From the IMG/VR virus record IMGVR_UViG_3300036770_005357: a stretch of DNA of 64,000 nt. One strand, written 5' to 3'. The notes under the pieces were generated by a model. It was not told where the DNA came from. It saw only the letters and a list, made by a program, of their open reading frames with translations, and made no database searches. The translations under genes were made by a program, and so were the position numbers. Positions 19,529 through 28,814 of this stretch are shown one piece after another. Each line of letters opens with the position of its first letter. Position 1 is the first letter of the stretch. Source of the DNA: a virus. Taxonomy: Duplodnaviria; Caudoviricetes.

Positions 19529-20702
19529 AAATAACCTAAAATATCTTAAATGGAGTTATGAAGCTATTCGTAAAAATCTAAGCCATAAAGAACACGAAAT
19601 ATGTGTAGCAGACGATTTTAGTAATGATGGTACAGAGGATTGGTGTAAAGAAACCGCAGCAAAAGATCCAAATTTTAAATATATTCGTAATAACGGTCCA
19701 ACTCGGTTGGGACATACTATTTTATATGATCGTTTAATCAATGAAGTTGCAACTAATGATGTGGTAATGATCTACCACGCAGATATGTACGCATGTCCTA
19801 ATTTTGATAAATATGTTGAAAAATATATTCAACCAGGCACAATTGTTAGTTTAACTCGTATAGAACCACCTCTACATCCACCAGGACCAGAAAAAATTTG
19901 TGTTGGATTTGGTCAAGAGCCAGAAGAGTTTAAGGAACAAGAATTCTTAAAATGGTTCAAAGATACCAGTCTATCCCGTAAAGATAAAACCACAGAGGGT
20001 ATTTTTGCGCCGTGGGCCCTTTATAAGAAGGATTTCCAATCTATAGGAGGTCATGATGAACTATATGCACCTCAAAGTAAAGAAGACAGTGATATATTTA
20101 ATCGTTTCTTACTTAATGGTTATAAGTTTATTCAGACATGGGAAGGTTGTGTATATCATATGACTTGTAGAGGCAGTAGATATAATCCAACTATCACCAC
20201 TGTAGGTAAAGAAAGTGACGAATGGTTAGCTCAAAACAATCGTAGTGCTAGAAACTTCATTCGTAAGTGGGGTCACTTTGTTAAACACAATGATACAATG
20301 AAACCTATCGTACCTAAACGATATGATATTGGATTCGTTGTTAAGAATTGTGATGCTTATAAATTAGCTTTGTTAGAACCGTGGTGTGATACAATCTATA
20401 CCGATGTACCATATGATCAATACATCAATATTGAACAAAAAAATACTAAGTTTGATTTAGATAAGAAACTCAAACGATATGAAGATCAAAAGATTAATGA
20501 TGTTATCATAGAATTTGATGCTAATAAATTAACCAACGAAAGTTTTGAATTTTTTAACTCGTTACAACTTATACTCGAAGATAGTGGTCAAATAGGTGAT
20601 TCTGAATTTGATATATTTAAATTAAAAATAAAAAATTTAAGTGATTATAGTAAAAACTTAATAAGTATTAACGATAATTGGTACAAAAATAAATTATTGT
20701 AA
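19500..20702 (+). CDS. GT2-family glycosyltransferase with C-terminal extension
   Basis: ISFIQPSRNN, VADDFSNDGT, MIYHADM, GGHDELY, EDSDIFNR, YH..CRG. Confidence 0.9.
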   Translation: MKISFIQPSRNNLKYLKWSYEAIRKNLSHKEHEICVADDFSNDGTEDWCKETAAKDPNFKYIRNNGPTRLGHTILYDRLINEVATNDVVMIYHADMYACPNFDKYVEKYIQPGTIVSLTRIEPPLHPPGPEKICVGFGQEPEEFKEQEFLKWFKDTSLSRKDKTTEGIFAPWALYKKDFQSIGGHDELYAPQSKEDSDIFNRFLLNGYKFIQTWEGCVYHMTCRGSRYNPTITTVGKESDEWLAQNNRSARNFIRKWGHFVKHNDTMKPIVPKRYDIGFVVKNCDAYKLALLEPWCDTIYTDVPYDQYINIEQKNTKFDLDKKLKRYEDQKINDVIIEFDANKLTNESFEFFNSLQLILEDSGQIGDSEFDIFKLKIKNLSDYSKNLISINDNWYKNKLL

Positions 20703-20715
20703 CTAAACAAATATC

Positions 20716-21306
20716 ATGAACATAGAAAAAATTCTATCGATATTACCAGATAAATTTGCTAGTAAACGAACCACCTCAAAAAAATTTAAAACGGATCTTT
20801 ACAACTTTTTTAACGAAGAAAAATATAAAGACTTTAAATGTGCTGAATTAGGCATTTTTAATGGCGATTCTACACTTTTATTATGTAATTTATTTAAACA
20901 TGTAATTGGAATAGAATATTCACAAAAACAAATTGATATAGCTACAAATTTTTTAAAAAAGAATAATTTAAATAATTTTGATTTTTTACTTCACGATTTA
21001 TATAATCGAAAATTTCCATATGTCGGTGAAATAGATGTTTTTATGATTGACGCTGTACATACGTATGAATGTGTTAAAATAGACACATTTAATTGTATAA
21101 ATAGTAAAAAAGAATCTTCGATTGAAAACAAAAAATTATACTTTATATACGACGATTATGGTGCATTTCCCCCAGTTAAACAAGCAGTCGATGAACTAAT
21201 TTCATCGAATGTTTTATCCGTAGTTAAAAAAATAGGATATATGCCTGGAGAAAATTTTGTAAACAAATTATTTGATTATGAAGGCATAATTTGTATAGAA
21301 ACATAA
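20716..21306 (+). CDS. Class I SAM methyltransferase (Methyltransf_24-like)
   Basis: AELGIFNGDST, IGIEY, DVFMIDAVHTY, IYDDYG. Confidence 0.8.
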   Translation: MNIEKILSILPDKFASKRTTSKKFKTDLYNFFNEEKYKDFKCAELGIFNGDSTLLLCNLFKHVIGIEYSQKQIDIATNFLKKNNLNNFDFLLHDLYNRKFPYVGEIDVFMIDAVHTYECVKIDTFNCINSKKESSIENKKLYFIYDDYGAFPPVKQAVDELISSNVLSVVKKIGYMPGENFVNKLFDYEGIICIET

Positions 21307-21321
21307 AACCAATTTAAGAAA

Positions 21322-21717
21322 ATGACTTTATTTCACATGATAAATTACTTTATAATAGATTTTTCGTTACTATGTTTTATTTCTTTTATATTAATAGTGT
21401 GGTTTGAAAGTGATATAGTACAAACCTTTGCTAAATTAACAAAGACTCGGAATTTACTTAAGATACCGGAGTTTGAAAAATATAAACTTGAAGAAGACAT
21501 AATGTCCAATTACGCTAACTTTTTATATGCAAAATATCCTGGCTATCTAACGAAATTGATTAGTTGTCCAATTTGTTTATGTTTTTGGACAAATTTAATT
21601 CTTGGTAATGTACTTTTATATTATTTAGGATTTCCCCAACTATATTTTTTAATTATTTTTTCTATAAACTATATTTTTAGTTTATTCTTTTATCTAATTA
21701 TTAGAAAATTATTATGA
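21322..21717 (+). CDS. Membrane protein, DUF1360-like
   Basis: Three hydrophobic segments and LISCPICLCFW motif. Confidence 0.5.
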   Translation: MTLFHMINYFIIDFSLLCFISFILIVWFESDIVQTFAKLTKTRNLLKIPEFEKYKLEEDIMSNYANFLYAKYPGYLTKLISCPICLCFWTNLILGNVLLYYLGFPQLYFLIIFSINYIFSLFFYLIIRKLL

Positions 21718-21995
21718 CTGTAGGTGGTTATCAGGACTTTATAAATAAATTTGGCGCTGACAATATACCATCAATAGATAATTTAAAAAATTGTTTATTG
21801 ATACTAGGAAAAATTTGCAATTGTCAAAAACAAAGAAAACATTTAAAATCGGAAGAATGTAATAAAGTTTATATTAACTTGATAAATTCTACAATTTCAA
21901 ACATGGTAGATTATTTAAAAACAAAAACTACCGATGATGAAATAATATTTTATTACAACGGTAGTCATGAAATTAAAAGAATTAAATTGCGTTAA
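21714..21995 (+). CDS. Hypothetical protein
   Basis: 93-aa ORF coupled to the previous gene (ATGA overlap); CNC...C residues. Confidence 0.6.
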   Translation: MTVGGYQDFINKFGADNIPSIDNLKNCLLILGKICNCQKQRKHLKSEECNKVYINLINSTISNMVDYLKTKTTDDEIIFYYNGSHEIKRIKLR

Positions 21996-22623
21996 TCTTC
22001 TTTAGAGCCGTAGTTACATTCTCTAGAATATATGGATGTTCTTCTAGCTTAACATCATTTAGTTTAAACTTATAATCCTCCCACTCAAACGCATAATCTG
22101 CTTTAGCCTTAACTTTAGGGTTATTAAACAATTCATGTTCATTGGGAGCAGCTTCATAAATCTTTACAGGTTTAGCTGTACTAATTCTTCGTTTAGAAGG
22201 AGCTTCAGCCATCTGATATTTAGTAATATGAATCAACTTACCATCCATCTTTCGTTGTAACCAATAACACTCATCTTGTGGATAAACATCGTACCTTATA
22301 TCAGTAATAAAAACAAAATCAGCCTTGGATGTACTCATCCGAGTTTCTACTTTAGTAGTCCAATACTTACCTTCGCTGATTTTACGCATTACATCACCAT
22401 ACGCAACAAGCAATGGTCTAATAACATTTTTCTCTTCAGTCTTTTCTGTAAAAACATCTATACCGGTTTTGTCTTTAAGCAATCCCTTCAAATCGCTCTT
22501 CAATTCATATGCAAGTGCGTGTCGTTCAGTCTTAAAACCTTTATCAGTTAAAATCTTTTGTGCAACTGTAGTAAACAAATCTTTACCACTTCTAGCCAAT
22601 CCACTTATTCCTATAATCTTCAT
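21982..22623 (-). CDS. Deoxynucleoside monophosphate kinase (T4 gp1-like)
   Basis: IIGISGLARSGKD P-loop, R.LL..YG...R, FITDIRY. ATG at 22623 preferred. Confidence 0.8.
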   Translation of the reverse strand: MKIIGISGLARSGKDLFTTVAQKILTDKGFKTERHALAYELKSDLKGLLKDKTGIDVFTEKTEEKNVIRPLLVAYGDVMRKISEGKYWTTKVETRMSTSKADFVFITDIRYDVYPQDECYWLQRKMDGKLIHITKYQMAEAPSKRRISTAKPVKIYEAAPNEHELFNNPKVKAKADYAFEWEDYKFKLNDVKLEEHPYILENVTTALKKINAI

Positions 22624-22624
22624 A

Positions 22625-23101
22625 TTATTTAAATAACTTTTCAATTTCCTTTTCACTATAACCGTATCCCTCGATTAGAGATACTAGTTCTTGAATACCT
22701 TTATCGTTAGACATAAGTATGTTGTAATAATCTGTGGCATCTCGTTCACCCACTTTAAATTTATTACATATACAATCCAATATAGTTTGGTTTATACTTT
22801 CAGTACTTTTCTTAATATACTTACAAAACTTACGACCATGTGGTATCACATCAATCAATACTTTATAAAATTGTTCTTCAGGTATAACTTGAAAATATTT
22901 TGATACTATCGCCATTTCTTCAATCACATCACTATCCATACTCAATATACGCACAAGCATATATTTGTTAAATGACTTCTTTTCTTCATCGGTCAAATTA
23001 ACATAATAATTAGGATCTTTTACCTCACGAATGTGATTGATGTGATCAAACAATCCTTTAGTCTTTGGCTTTTCGGCTACGGCTGTTTTCTTTGACTTCA
23101 T
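22625..23101 (-). CDS. Clamp-loader small subunit (T4 gp62-like)
   Basis: FNKYM..R.LSM, QFY..L...IP..RKF..YIKK pattern of gp62-like proteins. Confidence 0.65.
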   Translation of the reverse strand: MKSKKTAVAEKPKTKGLFDHINHIREVKDPNYYVNLTDEEKKSFNKYMLVRILSMDSDVIEEMAIVSKYFQVIPEEQFYKVLIDVIPHGRKFCKYIKKSTESINQTILDCICNKFKVGERDATDYYNILMSNDKGIQELVSLIEGYGYSEKEIEKLFK

Positions 23102-23315
23102 TGTTCATCATTCTAACACTTTTCTTCAACAACTCAATATCTTTTACAATTTGAGATAATTGTTCATTATATACTTCAAGTGCTTCTGACACAACAAGCA
23201 TATTGTCATCCAATTTCTTTAACAACCTATAGAACAAATAGGTATTAATTAAAGAAAATGTGGTTGCTAGTATAACTAGCAACCACATCCAAACCAAGTT
23301 ATGGTTTTCGTTCAT
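23058..23315 (-). CDS. Small membrane-anchored coiled-coil protein
   Basis: N-terminal TM segment (LVWMWLLVILATTFSLI) followed by heptad-like helix. Confidence 0.55.
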   Translation of the reverse strand: MNENHNLVWMWLLVILATTFSLINTYLFYRLLKKLDDNMLVVSEALEVYNEQLSQIVKDIELLKKSVRMMNNEVKENSRSRKAKD

Positions 23316-23325
23316 TCGTCAACAA

Positions 23326-23583
23326 TTAAGCGCGGCTAGCACGGGTAGTGCGAGTAGCGGTACGTGTAGCACTGGTAGCATTGGAGCTATACCCAGCTGC
23401 CAAAACTTCACGAAGAGCATTGATCTGACGACCGGTGAGATCAACACGAGCGTTTCCAGCACGGACAGTCAATCGTGAAGCCTTCTTAGCCTTCGGAAAT
23501 GGAGTAGAGAGATAAATCTCAACACCAGTGGAGTTGTGGCCGACGAAGTTAGTCTTGTTACGAGTATTCTTACGAGTATACAT
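23326..23583 (-). CDS. Small basic hypothetical protein, apparently highly expressed
   Basis: Own sigma70 promoter, AAAGGA SD, A-rich leader, higher GC than neighbours, R/T-rich tail. Confidence 0.7.
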   Translation of the reverse strand: MYTRKNTRNKTNFVGHNSTGVEIYLSTPFPKAKKASRLTVRAGNARVDLTGRQINALREVLAAGYSSNATSATRTATRTTRASRA

Positions 23584-23647
23584 ATTACTTATTTTCCTTT
23601 TATTTTTTGTTTGTTTTGTTTCGTTAGTTGTTCGCTAACTTAGATTA

Positions 23648-23676
23648 ATCTTACTATAGGTTGTTAAAACTGTCAA
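23648..23676 (-). promoter_or_regulatory. sigma70 promoter TTGACA-N17-TAAGAT
   Basis: -35 at 23676-23671, -10 at 23653-23648; GTTAG/CTAAC hairpin at 23623-23639 at the 5' end of the transcript. Confidence 0.7.
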
Positions 23677-23688
23677 CAACTTTTTTGA

Positions 23689-24600
23689 TTAAATTTTATA
23701 TTCTTTCTCAAATCGTTCAATGGCATAGTCTTTCGCCTTGAACTCGAACTCAAAGTCTGCATCAAAATTAACATACTCACTAGGCAATTCACGAACATAA
23801 TCACCGTGTGCTCGAGGATTACTATTATTAGGATCGTTGTCACTAAAATGAAATAGTGGTCGATACTTACCCCAAGTAGATTTAGCTAGATTTACAGCTT
23901 CTTTAGCAGTCAATTTACCACCATTACAACGAAAATGAAGATTGTCATAGGTAATTGGAATACCAGTCTTAGAATAAATTAGATCATACAACTGTTCAAT
24001 TTTCCAACTATTAGGTTTGTCTTCGTTTTCGAGGGTCAATCTAGACTTCACATTATGAGAAAGGCTGTTATATACATCAATAAAACGCAAGGCGATGTCA
24101 TTTATGTTACCTTTATAACAGTTCATATGAATGTTGATAGGAGATTCATAACTTTGAGGTAATCCCATCATGTCCATCATTTTAGCATGCATGTTCAATT
24201 CTTCAACGGATTTCTTAACTACATTAGAATTTGCACTTGCAGGTACAACAAATTGGTCTGGATGTGTACTACAACGAATATTATTTTCCTTGATTATTTT
24301 AGCACACAGATCAAATTCATTCTTAATAGCTTTGAAATTGTAAGTATTTTCAAGCAATAAATTGGCTTCTGGAAGTGTTTCTAGTGGCATCATTCCACTA
24401 CTGATACGGTAGTTCCACTTGTTTTGTGCACAAAATTCAAGTGTTCTACGAGTAACAAAAATATTGTTGAGTGTACGATCCGCTACGATTTTTTCAGCTT
24501 CATTGCGTTTAAGTGTAAAAAATCGCGTCTTAGTCATTGTAGACGCTTTGATACCTTGTTCTTGTAGTTTAAGGGAAATGCAGCAAAGAGATTTATTCAT
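23689..24600 (-). CDS. uvsE: UV DNA damage endonuclease
   Basis: YRISS, STHPDQF, NIH, LENED, DNLH, PLFHFS, RAHGD, EFKAKD. Confidence 0.93.
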   Translation of the reverse strand: MNKSLCCISLKLQEQGIKASTMTKTRFFTLKRNEAEKIVADRTLNNIFVTRRTLEFCAQNKWNYRISSGMMPLETLPEANLLLENTYNFKAIKNEFDLCAKIIKENNIRCSTHPDQFVVPASANSNVVKKSVEELNMHAKMMDMMGLPQSYESPINIHMNCYKGNINDIALRFIDVYNSLSHNVKSRLTLENEDKPNSWKIEQLYDLIYSKTGIPITYDNLHFRCNGGKLTAKEAVNLAKSTWGKYRPLFHFSDNDPNNSNPRAHGDYVRELPSEYVNFDADFEFEFKAKDYAIERFEKEYKI

Positions 24601-24607
24601 CTCTCTA

Positions 24608-24636
24608 CTTATAACACAGTTTTTATATTATGTCAA
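24608..24636 (-). promoter_or_regulatory. sigma70 promoter TTGACA-N17-TATAAG with extended -10, leaderless geometry
   Basis: TGT-TATAAG lies 7 nt before the uvsE ATG. Confidence 0.7.
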
Positions 24637-24642
24637 TTTTTA

Positions 24643-27243
24643 TTACCAAGCGTATAATGGAATTTTATATTTAGTTCCATTAATCATAATTCCCATATAT
24701 CCTTGTAAAGCACCTGCACCAGAAATAAACAATTTGTGAGATGAGGGTCCGGATCCGGTCAAAGGAAATCTAAATTTTAGACTACCACTTATTTCAACAT
24801 CATCCAATATTCTAATATCGTTTTGAACTAAAACCGTGCTTCCCGTCAAAGTTGTAAAATACGCAGTACTTCCAGATGTGTTTATTAATTTGTTATTACT
24901 ACTTGTTAAATAATTTATATTAGCTTTTTCTATAGACGATGTATAAGCATATGTACGACTACTGGTAAGCCTTTCTATTCTAGCTCTACTAGCACTAAAT
25001 TTACTAAATCTAGCATTGCTACCCGTAAGACTGCCTGATATCATTACAAAACTAGAAAGATTTCCTATTTTAATTCTTGGAGCAATATTGCCTACATTTA
25101 CAAAATTAGAATTATTACCTACATAAACTTGAGGTACATCTCTAAACAAACTGGCTGTAGTTAAAGAAGTGCTTCCTAAGTCATAACCTATGTATAAATT
25201 ACCATCAATAGTACATTCATTTCTAAAAGGATTGTATTGAATACCTCCATCTGTATATAAATTACTTTGTCCTACAGTTTTATCTACCAAAGGTACATAT
25301 AAATCGGTATCAACATTAATTAGTGAAACATTAATGGATCCACTTATACTCGAAGTTATATTCGTAACTTTCAATGAGATAAATTTAGCGTTACTCGAAG
25401 TGAGTTGTGTAAAAATACCGTTACTTCCACTTATACTACCGGTAAATGATCTTGCAACCACATTATCAACAAATACCGCATTTGATCCACTTATACTACC
25501 AGTGAACGATGTAGCGATTACACGACCTTCTATAGTTGCATTACTCGCGCTTAACTTAGTAAAACTAGCTAAATTTCCTTTTATACTTCCCGTAAATTCC
25601 GCTGCATTTACATAACCAACGATTTTAGCATTGCTACCACTTAATTTCGTAAATATACCTTTGCTACCACTTATGCTGCCGGAAAATTCAGGAGCGATCG
25701 CTCTTATTGTGAATCTAGCTGTACTACTAGTGATTCTTGTAAAAAATCCTCTTGTGCCTGTTATACTTCCGGTAAATGATGTTGCTATGACTCGGCCGCT
25801 TATTCTAGCATTACTACCACTTAATCTGGTAAAAATAGCCCTACTACCACTAGCACTACCACTAAAATTTAACGCGGTAACTCTATTCATCGAATAAATG
25901 TTTGCTCCGGTCAAATTTGTAATTTTAGCAAGACTCCCACTAAAACTGCCTGTAAAATCCGTGGCTTTAACATTTCCGTCTATTTCTAAATTTGCTAAAG
26001 GTGATGCTTTATTAATACCAACATTTCCATTTGTATCAATTACTAATCTGTTATTTACGCCTAAAATAGGCGGTGTTTTTGAAGCTGCATAACTTATTTT
26101 AAACTTATCGTCTGTAACATCCAACCCAAGTGTAAAACTGTGTGTATCAGGACCAACAAACTGTACAGTAGAATCGTTTGAACCTTGAATTCTTAATTCT
26201 GCGGCTGAACTAGAAGATATATGTAATATTTCGGCAGGATTGCTTGTACCAATACCGATATTGGTGCCATCATCAAAAATTAAACTATTTCCCAACGAAC
26301 TGTTGGATGTAAATTTAGGTACATAATCAATTGTACCGTCTATATTGGCAACGCTTCCGCTAAAACTGCCTGTAAATGATTTAGCTACTACTCGGCCTTC
26401 AATTTTAGCATTACTTCCACTTAATTTTGTGAAATTAGCTCTACTACCACTTATACTGCCTGTAAAGTTTGTTGCTATAACTTTTCCACTTATCCTAGCG
26501 TTACTTCCACTTAATTTTGAAATATTTGTATTAATAAGTGTAGCTAAACTAGCACTTATACTTCCTGTAAAAGAATTCGCTACTACTCTTCCGGTAATTT
26601 TAGCGTTACTGCCGCTTAATCTGGTAAAATTAGATGTACTTCCACTTATACTAGCTGTTAAATTTGAAACATTTAAACTTCTGAACCTACCGTTGCTACC
26701 CGATATACTTCCGGTAAAGCTACCAGTAAAATTGCGTGCGCGGACTTGATTTGATAAAAACTTTGAGTATGTGCCCACACCATTACTACCTATGATAAGA
26801 TCTGTAGCACTAGCTCCAAAGTTTATACTTTGTGGGTTTGATAACAAATTAAAAGAAGTATTATTTGTTTCAAATGAAATACCCGCGTAGATTGTACCAT
26901 CTACAGTCAAATTATCATTTGCGGCATCATATAAAAAGCTAGTACTATCCGTTCTTAGCACACGTCTACCATCACCACTTGGACTTACAAATAACACACT
27001 TGAGTATCCAACTAGAGAAGTTGAGTTTTTGACATATACACTACCACTTACGCTGCCTGTATAATTAGTAGCTGTTACATAACCTTCTTTTGTTACTTTA
27101 AACTTAGAAGTACCACCTATTTGTAAATCTATTAATTTACTACTCGCGTCGGATGGACCGGAATCGGTCACATTCATTAATATTGCTGTTTGATCACCTA
27201 TACCAAACGTAGCAGTCATTGCGTTAATAGGAGTATTAGCCAT
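24643..27243 (-). CDS. Ser/Gly/Thr-rich repeat fibre or structural protein
   Basis: Many ~30-aa repeats (ATNFTGSISGSRANFTKLSGSNAKIEGRVV) and N(I/V)GI(G/N) fibre motifs; late-type motif upstream. Confidence 0.7.
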   Translation of the reverse strand: MANTPINAMTATFGIGDQTAILMNVTDSGPSDASSKLIDLQIGGTSKFKVTKEGYVTATNYTGSVSGSVYVKNSTSLVGYSSVLFVSPSGDGRRVLRTDSTSFLYDAANDNLTVDGTIYAGISFETNNTSFNLLSNPQSINFGASATDLIIGSNGVGTYSKFLSNQVRARNFTGSFTGSISGSNGRFRSLNVSNLTASISGSTSNFTRLSGSNAKITGRVVANSFTGSISASLATLINTNISKLSGSNARISGKVIATNFTGSISGSRANFTKLSGSNAKIEGRVVAKSFTGSFSGSVANIDGTIDYVPKFTSNSSLGNSLIFDDGTNIGIGTSNPAEILHISSSSAAELRIQGSNDSTVQFVGPDTHSFTLGLDVTDDKFKISYAASKTPPILGVNNRLVIDTNGNVGINKASPLANLEIDGNVKATDFTGSFSGSLAKITNLTGANIYSMNRVTALNFSGSASGSRAIFTRLSGSNARISGRVIATSFTGSITGTRGFFTRITSSTARFTIRAIAPEFSGSISGSKGIFTKLSGSNAKIVGYVNAAEFTGSIKGNLASFTKLSASNATIEGRVIATSFTGSISGSNAVFVDNVVARSFTGSISGSNGIFTQLTSSNAKFISLKVTNITSSISGSINVSLINVDTDLYVPLVDKTVGQSNLYTDGGIQYNPFRNECTIDGNLYIGYDLGSTSLTTASLFRDVPQVYVGNNSNFVNVGNIAPRIKIGNLSSFVMISGSLTGSNARFSKFSASRARIERLTSSRTYAYTSSIEKANINYLTSSNNKLINTSGSTAYFTTLTGSTVLVQNDIRILDDVEISGSLKFRFPLTGSGPSSHKLFISGAGALQGYMGIMINGTKYKIPLYAW

Positions 27244-27270
27244 AAATTACGATATCATCTATTTAATAAT

Positions 27271-27278
27271 TATAAATA
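27271..27278 (-). promoter_or_regulatory. TATTTATA putative late-promoter motif
   Basis: Upstream of the fibre ATG at 27243 on the coding strand. Confidence 0.5.
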
Positions 27279-27306
27279 GATAACACTTTAAGTAATTTAT
27301 AACTAA

Positions 27307-28491
27307 TTATCGTCCTACTTCTTTAAAATAAGCGTCTTTGGCTTCATCGTAACTCATACCTATCATTTTATTATAATAATGTATTTCAGGCTTTAAATTA
27401 CCTTCACTCTTTAATTTTTTATATCTTTCTATCGCTTTAGGTCTCCACCATTCCAAAATACCAGTTATATCCTTCTTAAAGAGGTCTTTTATCTTCAATT
27501 GATCATCGTTAATTTTATTTTGAAGGTACTCTTTAGTATTCTCATAAAAACAACTATAATACACACCACGTTCGTATCCATGCATATAATGACTTTGTTT
27601 TATTCCACATTTACTAAAGATCATGGATATCACCCTACTCTTAGCACCTGTTACAGGACCGGATACACCTTCCTTTTGAGTCATTGCTTTCTCATATTTA
27701 TCAGCATAATTTTCTTTTACCCATTCATGCCAAACTTTGTAAATGGTATCATCCGGTTTAATTGCAATCTTACCAGCACTGGTACCACATTTATGCCACC
27801 ACTTCAAACTATTATACATACTATAACTACCATACAAACTAGTTGTAGTCATACCTACAAGAGTTTGATTGTATAGTTCTTTCCATTTATCTTGTACACC
27901 TTTACTTACAACCATAGCAGCCGCAAGTTTACCACCCAAAAAATTATAACCAAATGGTTGTGTACTAATAATACTACTACCAATAGCACTGTGAGCTAAT
28001 TTCTTATCCTTTATCTTATTGTTCTTGTTCCAACCAATATAATTGTCACGGTCGGTAATTGTAATAACATCACTACTTACAGCCAATACACCGATATATG
28101 GTGTTTCGGGTTTATTTCTATCTACAATAAGAAACTTAAGAAATCTACCAGGTGTTTGATTAAACTCAAATGTGCTTACAAATACCCTAAGCAATGTCCA
28201 ATCTTCATTTTGTTGTTTGGTTTCTACATATACCAACTCAGGTTGACAATTCTCAATTTCTTTAATCGTAGATACCTCATCATTTATATCCGTAGGATGC
28301 CAGATCTTAGCTTTAATAGTATTTAATTTACTAGCGACATCTCTATAATTTTGAGTCTCTAACCACTTCTTATAGAATGTCTGTTCTTCCACAGACATCG
28401 CTTTTAAATAATCTAAATTTGTTATCAAACTTTTCTTATTAGAATCAAAATCAAATGCTTCTACACCAAAAAATTCTTGTAATGCGTCCAT
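27307..28491 (-). CDS. DUF4338 / Druantia DruA-like protein
   Basis: PGRFLKFLIVD, IG...SS....RD.YIGW, PFGYNFLGGKLAA, TTTSLYG..S.YN, G.S.G. Confidence 0.7.
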   Translation of the reverse strand: MDALQEFFGVEAFDFDSNKKSLITNLDYLKAMSVEEQTFYKKWLETQNYRDVASKLNTIKAKIWHPTDINDEVSTIKEIENCQPELVYVETKQQNEDWTLLRVFVSTFEFNQTPGRFLKFLIVDRNKPETPYIGVLAVSSDVITITDRDNYIGWNKNNKIKDKKLAHSAIGSSIISTQPFGYNFLGGKLAAAMVVSKGVQDKWKELYNQTLVGMTTTSLYGSYSMYNSLKWWHKCGTSAGKIAIKPDDTIYKVWHEWVKENYADKYEKAMTQKEGVSGPVTGAKSRVISMIFSKCGIKQSHYMHGYERGVYYSCFYENTKEYLQNKINDDQLKIKDLFKKDITGILEWWRPKAIERYKKLKSEGNLKPEIHYYNKMIGMSYDEAKDAYFKEVGR

Positions 28492-28497
28492 ATATAC

Positions 28498-28525
28498 ACT
28501 ATATCACCCCACTCAAAAAAACTCA
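28498..28525 (-). promoter_or_regulatory. sigma70 promoter TTGAGT-N16-TATAGT, leaderless geometry
   Basis: TGA-TATAGT extended -10, 6 nt before the ATG at 28491. Confidence 0.55.
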
Positions 28526-28538
28526 ATTCGAAGTTATA

Positions 28539-28775
28539 TTATATTTTTCTTTGTATTAATTTGAATTCGATAGACAATCTATTTTTAGATCTTTTAACAG
28601 TCTGCAATTCCCATTTTTCTTTAAACTGATCTATATACTTGTTCGTACCATTATCTATAAATTCCAACGGTTTCTTACCGTCGAGAAATTCTTTTTCATC
28701 ATAAACCAAAAATATTTTTTTATCGGTTTTATCCAAATACAATATTATTTTATCTTTATTTTCAGCCATACCCAT
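28539..28775 (-). CDS. Hypothetical protein
   Basis: 78-aa ORF; TATTTATA motif at 28782-28775; second ATG at 28769 may be the real start. Confidence 0.55.
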   Translation of the reverse strand: MGMAENKDKIILYLDKTDKKIFLVYDEKEFLDGKKPLEFIDNGTNKYIDQFKEKWELQTVKRSKNRLSIEFKLIQRKI

Positions 28776-28783
28776 ATAAATAG

Positions 28784-28814
28784 AAAAAGCAGACTCTTAA
28801 ATTAAGAATCTGCT
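28784..28814 (-). terminator. Rho-independent terminator
   Basis: GCAGAUUCUUAA/UUAAGAGUCUGC stem followed by U5, downstream of 28839..29201. Confidence 0.75.

Noticed and set aside
4572-21306. Bacterial O-antigen or capsule locus (host chromosome or contamination)
   Set aside because: It is contiguous with phage dut, Cas4-like, dNMP kinase and clamp-loader genes, has similar composition, and lacks wzx/wzy/wzz/ABC genes.
21982-21995. Regulatory significance of the 14-nt tail-to-tail overlap at the strand switch
   Set aside because: Short convergent overlaps are common in compact phage genomes, and no terminator or antisense signal is evident.
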